From positions 124,001-188,000 of the forward strand of contig JAHDYR010000014.1 of assembly GCA_019828565.1 (NCBI GenBank): DNA of 64,000 bases. The letters run 5' to 3'. Source of the stretch: Carpediemonas membranifera BICM (Eukaryota > Protista > Fornicata). How positions within the stretch are numbered: the first letter of the stretch is position 1; the number at the start of each line of letters is the position of its first letter. Positions 36,220 through 45,961 of the stretch are shown here, piece after piece. Both the position numbers and the translations under genes were made by a program. Below the pieces are notes generated by a model. The model worked only from the letters and a program-made list of their open reading frames with translations. It was not told the DNA's origin and did not search any database.

Positions 36220-37185
36220 CTTACTAGGTACCAGTAATTACTGTAGCGATGAGAGGAGAGAGAGGATTTATAGGGTTTGACCCGGGACACAAAATTGGAT
36301 AAAACTAATCGACCCGAAGGTCTACAAACCGCATCCCACCAGCTACCTCGCGACATACGAGCGGAGGTCACTCGGCGCCTAGCCGGCTACACCAACTCCG
36401 TCGAGATGCCTCTTCAGCGCATCTTCGACGCAATCGAGCAAGGACACCTTCATCAGGCTTCGGTGTACATGGATGTAGTGAAGTGTCGGCAGGTACTCGG
36501 CCTCGTGGCTTTCTGTCAGTTCGCTCTCGCTGGCGTGGTGTCTCACCTTAAGATCCGTCTGCGCCCGACCCTCACTGACGGGGACATCGTGTCGGCCGCC
36601 CTTCAGAGTGGCGATATCAGCCTGACTGGCAATGGGCGTTACTCAGCTGGGCTCGTGGCCGCAGTGCGCGCTGCTGCTAATGTCGGATCTGATACCACGG
36701 CTCGTGGTTACCTCAACCGGCTCATGATCCTCGTCTTTTCGCCGGACTACTTCAGGGTAGCGCTCTTTGGCATCAGCCGCGGTATCGGTGCACCCATCGC
36801 TTTCTGGGCGATGCTGGTCGACGAGCTGTGCCGCGATGGTCACCTGCCTGCCATCGGGGACGAGATCCATTGGGAGCCTCTCCAGGTCTCTGACCCGGAC
36901 CGTTACTACACGGTGACGTGTGTTGTCCGCCATGAGTTCCTGAAAACGACTCGTGGACCTGGGACCTTCGCTCTCATACTCCAGTATGAGGGTTACTCAG
37001 GCCTCAGCATCGTCTGGCTGAACGCCGATCTCTGTCTCGTCCGTTGTGTGCGCGACTATCTTGCTGAGCACGATCTTGAGCGCCACGCTGACGCGTCTTG
37101 GTTGGTCGAGCTGACCGATACCGAGGAGTCGGACGACGAATAAATCTGATGACTTGACGCTGGAGCGATTAGATGTGGTGAAGAT

Positions 37186-39358
37186 TTATAGACCGTCCAG
37201 TTTGGCTTGGTCAGACTTCAAATATATATCTAATGCTTCCAGGTCCTTGACGGAGTCCCAATCCTGCCATGTCGCCTCCTCGTCCTCGAAACCAGACCAG
37301 TGAACGCGGTATTCGCGTTTGGTTCGTGTTCCGTTCCCTCGCGATTTGGAAATACGGTCCACTTCCCACTCATCGTTCGCCGTGGCGGCCAAGTCCTTGA
37401 TCTCTCGCTCGGATAGATTGCCAGGGTTAAATCTGCGTACGCGCGGGGCGTCGACCTTCAATATCTTGCCTTGGCTTCCCTGGTTGAGGTCCTGAACTTC
37501 ATAGGCGACCGTCACGCCATCTTGCTTAACCGCACTGACCCGTCGCATGGGCCCTCGCCATCCTGGCATCAGCTTGTTGGGAGGTCTGGCTGGGTACTTG
37601 ACCAACACGAACCGGCACAGTAACTCCTGACGTGACGATGCGGCGTTTGCGAGAGCGTCCTCTCTCATTGCCTGAATTCTAGCCTTCGCTAGCTGGATGG
37701 CTTGGCCAGCCGCCGCGCGTCTGTCCTGTATTCTGGCGCTAGTCGAGTGGGTGCAGATGATGATCTCGTTCGGGATCCTGATGTTGACACCTAGTATGAT
37801 CTCGGATGGTGAGAGGTGAGTGGGTATCCTGGGCGTCGAATTGACGATAAATTGTGCGACAGGTAAGTGCTTGACCCAGTCCGCGTCCCGGAAATGGAAC
37901 TTTCTGGCCTTCAAGATTTTGAGAACTCCACTGTTGGCCCGTTCGACGATGCCATTAGATTGCGGGTGATGTGGAGTCGTAACATGGGTGTGGAAACCCA
38001 TCTCGTCGGCCAGGGACTTCATGAGCTGATTGTTAAACTCGGGCCCGCCGTCAGTCTGTAAGACCTCGGGGCAGCCATAGCGTAAGACCCAGTTATTAAC
38101 GAACGCCGTAACTGCGGCTTGCGCAGTCGTACCTGTAACTGGAACCAACTCGGTCCACCTACTACACATATCTATGATGACGGAGATGTGCGTGAACCCC
38201 TGCGACTTGGGGAACGGACCTAAGGTGTCGATGGCTACTCGCTTAAACGGTTCATCAACGGCGGTATGCAGACCATCCGGTGTATCGACGTGGGGTCTCT
38301 CGAGGACTTGGCACACCGGGCAAGCTGCAATCACCTGGTCGACTGCGGCTCTCGACACCGACAACCCTTCGGCTCTAAGCTTCTCGGTCGTTAGTCGTCG
38401 AGATAGATGGGCGCCGGCGGTGGTGTGTGCTTCTTCAATCTCATCGGTCGTAGCTTTGCGAGTGAACATAGTAAACACACGGGACAGACCATCTGCGGCT
38501 CCATTGTCCAGGCCGGCGACGTGCTTAATCTCAAAGTCCAAGTCGGAAATGGCATCGGCCCACCTCCTGACTTTCGGGTTGATGCTACGGTACATGAAGG
38601 TAAGGTTTCGGTGGTCAGTGAGTATGGAGAAAGGTCCCCAGGCAAGGAACTTGCGCCAGCGCTGCAAGGCCGCCACAATGGCGTACGCCTCCTTCTCAAT
38701 CGTTGACCAACGAGACTGTGTGGCGTTGAAGGCCTTCGACATGTAACAGACAGGCTTGCCCTCTTGCAATAGGACTGCGCCGTACCCCACTCCCGAGGCG
38801 TCGGTCATTATAGAATGCTCCTTCGTGGCGTCGAAAATTGCTAGGGCGTCAGCGGAGGTAAGGCTCTGCTTGAGCTTATCGAGGGCCTCCTGCTGGGCGG
38901 TCAGGCCGAGACTTGTGTGACCGGACATAGCTTTGATTAACGGGTGTCCGATTTCCGCAAAATGGGGGATGTGATCCCGGAAATAGTTGAGGAATCCTAC
39001 TAGGCCCTGCATGCCCTTGATGGATGTCGGCATCTGGAGATTTGCGATGTCGTCTACACGGCTGGGTGCGATGCTCACCTGCCCATCATTGACAACCCAA
39101 CCTAAGAACTCGACCTCCTGCCTGCCGAATTGGCATTTCTCGCGATTGAGCTGGAGCTTGACCTTACGCGCACGGTCCAGGACTCTTTCGAGGTTCGCGA
39201 GATATTCGGCCTCGTCGCTGCCGAAGACAATAATATCGTCGATGTAAATGTAACATGAGCTGCCCACGAGCCCGGCGAAGGCGCGCTCCATGGCCTTCTG
39301 GAAGTGAGCTCCTGCGTTGCGCAGCCCGAAAGGCATCCGTCGGTATTGATACTGCCTA
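37186..39358 (-). CDS. E3 Pol (RT C-half, RNase H, integrase, chromodomain), 5'-truncated
   Basis: MPFGLRNA, YIDD, TDASG, TDHRNL, DGGPEF, WEVDRI...YRVHWSGFEDEEATW. Confidence 0.9.
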
Positions 39359-39756
39359 CTACTACATCGAGGACACAATACGGATCGAGTCCACAGCCCT
39401 GACGTCCATACCTACACATTAGTCGACAGGGAGGCCATCACAGAGAACATGAGGTCACTAGTCACGCAGACGACCACATGATCCGTCGCCCGACCGGCCC
39501 ACGGAGAGCTACGCCCAGGAGGGCAAGTCGGACCCACACGCGACAAGGCCGCAGAGCCTGCCCCATGGAGAGGCAAACCCCAGCAGACATCAGAGCTCCG
39601 CTGGGTGGCGTGAAGCCACGTAAGTTAAAGTAATATGGTCTCTCGGCGGCGTCCGGGAAGGCCCCGTTCAGGTTTGGCTAGTCAGCCTGCTGGGTCAGAC
39701 AAGGTTTGACAATAAACTTTAACAACAACAAAAAATCGCATTTTTTAAAATATCAC

Positions 39757-39830
39757 GATTCTTTGGTCCAGTCGGTTATGACGCCTGTTTGACAGACAGG
39801 AGATCCCCGGTTCGAGCCCGGGAAGAATCA
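39757..39830 (+). tRNA. tRNA-Val (GAC)
   Basis: Acceptor stem GATTCTT/AAGAATC, anticodon arm CCTGT-TTGACAG-ACAGG, T arm CCCGG-TTCGAGC-CCGGG, discriminator A, TTTT just downstream. Confidence 0.93.
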
Positions 39831-39922
39831 GATTTTCGTCTCTTCCCATATCAACCTTAACCGCTAGACTAGGCTAGCCACCTAACTCATACTCCCAAAG
39901 GGGGGTAAAGGATTTATTCTTC

Positions 39923-40104
39923 TCGGGCTCCTTTAGGCCCGATGTGCCTTCGGGCATTCGAAATTCTGATGCCATAAACTGCACGTTTCCGTGCGCCCTC
40001 TCGGGCGTCTCAGCACCCCGGGTGCCAATGGGCTCGAGTGGTGCTCTGCACGGTGCTTAACCTGGCCCGACTCGCGGGCCACCTGACCCTCTACACTCTG
40101 TAGA
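39923..40104. ncRNA. Candidate structured RNA or element UTR (seven consecutive hairpins)
   Basis: GC-rich stems with UUCG (+ strand) and GAAA/GAGA (- strand) tetraloops. Identity unknown. Confidence 0.3.
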
Positions 40105-41004
40105 TCCAACGGGGAAAGAATATTTACGCAAGAAACCCCTGTTTCGCCGCGTCAATATTCGAAGACTTACGCGCCTTCGGCTCCTAAGTAAGTCTTGGGT
40201 TTCCCTCGCGTACCGACGAGGGACGCTCTCCCGAGCGCGTTCTTACAGCCACCGGCTGCGAATCGTTCGTCATCTGGCCGCATAAACTGCGCCGACCAAT
40301 CTTGACCAATGACGCGGGCATCCGGCGATTGCCGGCCTCGCCCACGTCCCGTCGCCCTTGCGACAATGAGCTGGGGTACTACCCCGAAGGCGGCCAGGCT
40401 TGCTGGTCCGTCCGTCGCTTCTAGCGATAGATCCTCTGTCATTGACCTTAGCCTGTACATTGCCCGCAAAGATGATAAGGATCCACCTCGTTGTGGTGTC
40501 ACAGCTACTGATCTTGACGTATTGTAAACCCTCTGTGCTGTCGTGCCAAGCGATTTCTGTGTCCTGACAATGTTTTCGTTGCAGTGGCTCATTCGTCACG
40601 GTGAACAACATCCGCCTGATCCTGGAAGAGAAGCGGACTGACTCCCAGGACCTATGGGGGGATTGTGAAATCAGCACTTAGCGGAAGCAGTAGGTAAGGT
40701 AGTCGTAAGATCGTTACCGGGGCCCGATACCAAGCACTCAAATTTTTATTTCTTTCTGACTGACTCCCAGGCTGAAGGAGTACCAGAGCTTCCACACATG
40801 TCACCCACCAGTCTATCGATCGCCTCTGGCCGGCCGCCATCTCCGCAACCCATGGGGCGTCCATCACGACCGCGACCGAATCAGTGCCCTTGTCGGCGCA
40901 ACTCAACCTACCTCAGGTATACATACCTTCATCATCACATAGCTGTGTGTAAACAAGCCTTATTCATTGGAACTCGACAAAAGGTCAAGATTCAGATTCC
41001 GACT

Positions 41005-44000
41005 TTACAAACTGTCGTCCGGGAAAATAGACAGGAACTCGTCTGTCAGTTTCTGGGGCATTTGATCTCTCGGGAGCATCTTGAAGAGGACGCCGAAGTG
41101 ACGCCGGGTGCGAGCAATCTGCAGGATGGTGCGGAAGAGGTAAAACCCGTAGAATGTAACAATGATGACAAGGAACGCGACCAGAAAGTACAGCACGTCC
41201 GACTGGGTGGTTTCAAGAAGCTCGCTGAAACGATCCCTGAGGATGAACGACTGTGTGAGAAGGGGAAAGGAGGCAAACCAGTCGGATGAGAGAGCCAGTC
41301 ATGTCCAGCTCGACGCTGAAGTACATCTTGTAGTAAGTTGCACCGCCGGCCGACCCGCTGGCAATGACCTCGCGGTAGGTCTTGAGGAAATCAATAAAGG
41401 AAGTAACCATGTTGATCAAACCCTTCCGGGCCTCTGCAATGCGTGTGGCGTCGAAGGAAGCTGTGCAATAGTCCTCAGAGATTCTGATACAGTCGTCAGT
41501 GAACAGCAGGTCAGTGATCTCAGTCTCAAAAGGTCCGTCGACCCAATTATCCTGGACAACAATGTCTGAAAACCAGTTGGATGCGGTCCTAAGGAAAGAA
41601 GGCACACCTTTCCATGCGTCGACCACGATCGACTGGTCCTGGACCTTGTCGCCGCTCAGATGGGCAGCAAAGGGCTTGACAGCCTCGAGCTGCTTGTCGA
41701 GGACATCGAGACAGTATGTCATATTGAGGGGACTTGTTGTGCCAAGGCCGGCCGAGTACGATCCGGCAGTGACCATGCCGCCCCGGGTCATGACGGCCGA
41801 CCTATACTGATAAAAGAGTGTGGCGGAGGTCTGGGAGACGTCGGAGGTGCGGTAGATGGAGAAAGAGCCCATCACCACGTATAGCGTCGCGAAGGCTGCG
41901 ATCCAAACACACAGCGAGGGCATCTGTCGCATCGCCATCCTGAACCTTATAGTGCTCGTCTTAGCTCTGACAAGCATCACAGCCTCATCGACGGGCTTAT
42001 CGGCCATGTCAAGCTGGAGCTGGTTGGCGTCCTGCAAGTTGTCTTCTTCAGGCTCCTCCACCGTCTCAGGGATGGTCATGACGGCGCTGAAGATGATGTT
42101 GTCCGCTGGAACTGTGTCTGGGCGATTAAGGCTCGGCCCAGTACCCGTAGACTCGTCAGTATCCGACGATGAGCTCGACTCTTTGACGACAACTGCAGAC
42201 CGGTCGCTCGTCTCGATGTTACCGTCGTCCGGGTCCTCGTCGGTCTGCTGGAAGTCGACGGATCGTCTGCTGGCCCTGTTGCTGATCACTTCAGTCCGGG
42301 GGAACTGTGCGAAGTGGTTCCTGTTGCTCTGGAGGAACTCGCTGCTTGGTGTCACAGACAGGGGCAGTAGCTCCTGCATACTGTGCGCGTTGACGTCTTC
42401 CATCGACTTCATCCGAGTCGATTTGTATGCGTGGAAACGGTCCATGATGGATTCAAGCGTCTTACCTGGGACCGCACTAAACATCTGGAGGATATGGACA
42501 GTAAATGAGATATCCTGAGATATGGGCATCAGATACAGCGTCAGAGCCACAAAAAATACGCTTGCGATGAATATGATGAAGATGACGAGGATCAGGATGA
42601 GCTCAATCAACGGGAACAGCTGGGAGATGACGAAAACACGGTCAGCCACGGCATCCAGCGCGGGCAGGACCTCTGCGACGAGTGCGGCCTCATAGCCCTG
42701 GAGCTGGTCTGTCTTGCCGGCCGTGCACGCGGTGAGGCCGTCTGCGACAGAGTTTCCTGCTGCCCTGGAGTTGATGAGGCAGGAGGAGACCGTCTCTGCC
42801 GCATGGATGCACTCAGACACATATTCCATCATGGAGACCCGCTCGGTGTGGTGGATGGCGCCGCTCTGATAGACGGGCGCCTCCATCGTCTGGGCCCTGA
42901 TCAGATCGGGCAAGTTGTAGAGCAAGTGCGTTGTTACAGAGATCACTGAGTCCACAGCCTGATTGAAGTAATTGCGGTCGACCTCATCCAGGGTCGCGTA
43001 CGGGTCTCGGGGTGTGAGGATGTCACCACTGACGTAGATCTGGACAGCATCGAAGTATAGCAGCGCCGTCTTGTCAATGTACGCCTTACTCATGTCCTGG
43101 ACGATCGCACTCCACCCGGGACCAGCGTACTGTGTTCCAGATACGATAACATGGTCCAAGCCGTTCCTTGCGGTCATGAGGCCGAGTGCGATGTGCTGCA
43201 TTCCCGTGGCAACGCTGATAACACCGACAGTCTGAGCTGTAATGTGTTCGTAGAGCTTGAGGATGTAGATGCAGGCGCCAACACTGAATGCGAACAGGCT
43301 CATGATGAGGACGGTCGAGAATACTGCCCTGAAGTGGAGCCAGGCAAAGGAGTCCGACGATCCGCGGAGGTTCATCCGGCCCACCCTCATGCCGTGCTTA
43401 TTGGTGTCCCGATCAGTGCCACCCGGCACTACTTCCAGCTCGTCTGCCATGCCGTAAAGTTCGTCACAGAAGTTTTTGGCCGAGACCGATGAGTTAAACA
43501 GGGAGACGTACTGGGCGTACGACCGGAGCACCCTGGGCGTGGGGTGGGCCAACATCCGTTGGTACAGCTTCTCGGTGCTGGTCTGGAGTCTGGCTATCCT
43601 ACTCGTGGTCGACGACAATGACTTAAACTGCGATAAGTTCAGACGGTGGCCCCGGACAGCCCCGACCTGACTCCAGAACTGGGAGAGGGTGTCTGTGAGC
43701 TGCCTCTGTGCCTTGGACAGGGATGCCATGTTCCTCTGTGCCTCTAGCTTGGTGATGACGCTGCTATCCTCGTACAGTGCCGAACGGTACTTCGTGCAGA
43801 TGAACTGGAAGTATGATACGTCCACAGTGATGATGGGAATGTACGATGATAGTGCCTTGCCGGTGCTGTAGATGACCGACTGCAGACTCTCGCTCCGGTA
43901 TGCCGCTGAGAAGCAGATGTACGTGATAGCAACGAACGGCGACTTCGGCCACCGAGCCCGGACGCACTGGAATAGACGCATGCTGAAGTCGATCTCTCGC

Positions 44001-45256
44001 TCGATTGTCTTGTCGGCCTCGACCATGACACAGACTTGGGCTTCAGAGAGCGCACCCCGGCCGACAACCCCCGCCTCACTCTGGCCCCCGCCGTACTCCT
44101 GCATGGCGATGGGAACAGACTTGACGATCTTCTGCATGGTGTGTTGCTGGCGCTTGATGGAGAGGCGCGACTTGCGGAGAGCGATCTCAACCTGGAATGG
44201 GAACAGCAGCAGCGGCCGGACGGGCATGGTAGCCTCCTTGGCGATGTCTGCGGCGGTCATCCTGAACTTCCTGAGGCAGAAGTCTGTGAGGAGTACGGTG
44301 CCGATGGGGAGGGCGATGACGAGGGGGCTGAGCAGTAGAACCAGAAGCCCGACAAGTGGGTGCACCGCGATGGCCAGCCCAGCGAAGAGGCATGCGCTGA
44401 GGAGAACTCTGGTGCAGTTTGTGACGAGGGAGTAGTACGGGACGAAGAGGCTGTACAACAGCACCGTGGCGGTGGTAAACACGACCATCCACACGACCAG
44501 GGCAACCGAGTGGTCCGTCAGGAATGGCACCTTGTACAGTACCACGGTGATGGCCTTGCCAAGCAGATAGACGACGTCGACCCGCGAGTGGAGTCGTGTG
44601 AGTGGGTTGGGGGAGGTGAAGCCGAAGGGGCAACTCGTGAGCGTAATCAGCGCGACAGCTGCGGTGATTGCCACGGCAAGGGCAACTGAGACGGTGAAGA
44701 TGGCTATGCTGGTGCCGTCGAGAGATGTCGGGACGTATTCTGCGGCCAGCGACACGAGAACGGAGAAGACGGGGATGAAACCCATGGTCGTCATGAGGAT
44801 CAGTGAGAGGCGGATGAAGCGTACCAGCATCATGTTGGGCACCTGTGAGTTCTGGATGGCGCGGGCCGAAAGGAAGCATGTCCCGGCGAAGAAGACGAGG
44901 AAGGCGAGGAGAAAGACCCCTAGCCCGAGTAGGATATCCTTGTTGGTGTAGTCTGCCAGAGTGGTCACTCTCGAGAGCGCTAGTGCGTCCTGAAGGGGAG
45001 CGAGAACACCCCAGTCCTGGATCGAGGTGTCAACTGCGAAAGAAAACAGTTGTATGAAGTCTACAACCATGAAAATGATGCTAAGGATCCAAAATATCCT
45101 GGATGGACTGCTGGTAAGGTAGATAAGCTCAAAAAGAACGGAGCGTATTGATTCGGTGGCGTTCTGCGCCGTGGAAGACGACGCCACGCTATCAGAACCG
45201 AACACTGAGCTGTTTCGTCCAGCTCGGGTGGATCCAGATGCGTTACTTTCCATCAA
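41005..45256 (-). CDS. Large multi-pass membrane protein, TmcB/TmcC-like, 2 exons
   Basis: N-terminal TM block (VDFIQLFSF, HSRVD), TPR-like HPTPRVLRSYAQYV and repeated TM hairpins. A 28-nt intron at 41251-41278 joins the last exon. Confidence 0.7.
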
Positions 45257-45961
45257 TGAGCGTATCTTCTCGCACCAAATGACTCGTTACAAGAGTTGGG
45301 ACTCTCGCCATAATGCTGAAAACAGCAGTCGGAAGTTGAGCCCCAGGCGTGTATGAGGGCTAGCGCGAGCCCCCCTCAGCTCGACAATTTTTCCATATTT
45401 AGATCTCAGCAAATCGCCAACTGTGTTGACCGGAAGAGACCACGCAAGAATGGCATGGGGGGTGTCTGACAGCAAGTTGTGTTCATGTGCGCATGGCATA
45501 TACAGCGGGGCGACGTGATATCCGGGGTATCTGATTTTCCCAGCTGCGATCAAACAGATTTTGCCTGTTCGCGGTCACCGGCCGCAAAGGACGGAACACG
45601 GCGACAGCAAATCATTATATGCCCAGCAATTTCCCATTCGCTTGCTTTATTGCAAAACCTCTCCGCTATCAGCGTTGCAACGAATGTGAGAACTGTCGAA
45701 TCGGATCGAATCTCGGACCACTCCGCGCTCTCCGAAAGCAATGCGAGGCGAGCAAGGAAGAGTGCCTTGCATGCTCATTTCCCTCCCCTGACCAACAGCA
45801 GCATTTCGTCAGCATCCTGCCATCGTTGATTCAGCGCAAGAAGGCAGGGCACTATGCCCATACACAACCGTGGGGAAGTGCACAGAGCCCTCATTGGCCG
45901 AGCGCGGGGGGGGGGCTAAAATATCGCGAATTTTCATTTGTGACGCCACACAAGCAAGCCC

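Larger units (their letters stand above)
27634..36326 (-). mobile_element. E4: Ty3/Gypsy chromodomain element hosting E5
   Basis: Identical 85-bp LTRs (27634-27718, 36242-36326), TSD AACCG, PPT GGGGGTAG. Confidence 0.95.
27365..37143 (+). pseudogene. Antisense accessory gene of E3 with a C-terminal chromodomain-like module (segments 27365-27555, 27590-27633 and 36332-37143; disrupted by E4)
   Basis: Removing the 34-nt GTAAGT...TTCAG intron and E4 plus one TSD gives an open 348-aa frame ending YYTVTCVVRH...LILQYEGYS...W...VRDYLAEH. Confidence 0.7.
26516..39358 (-). mobile_element. E3: 5'-truncated Ty3/Gypsy element (3' LTR 26516-26627) hosting E4
   Basis: TG...CA 112-bp segment with adjacent PPT GGAGGGGCAG. 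Pol at 37186-39358. No 5' LTR or gag in the window. Confidence 0.75.

Noticed and set aside
36215-36241. TGGTACC downstream of the E4 5' LTR as a tRNA PBS
   Set aside because: The TGG lies 8 nt from the LTR, overlaps the palindrome and has no counterpart in E1, E2 or E5. It cannot be fully excluded without the host tRNA set.
27634-36326. Spaced direct repeats read as a CRISPR-like array
   Set aside because: They are LTR pairs with TG..CA ends, TSDs and PPTs enclosing gag-pol. There is no repeat-spacer periodicity and no cas gene.
36277-36331. ORF-track start of the 288-aa ORF inside the E4 LTR
   Set aside because: This is read-through from LTR sequence. The genuine 5' part lies at 27365-27633.
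39915-39975. U2 snRNA or hammerhead ribozyme (CTTCTCGG..., GAAA...CTGATG)
   Set aside because: The U2 GTGTAGTA branch-pairing motif is missing, and the hammerhead CTGANGA core is incomplete.
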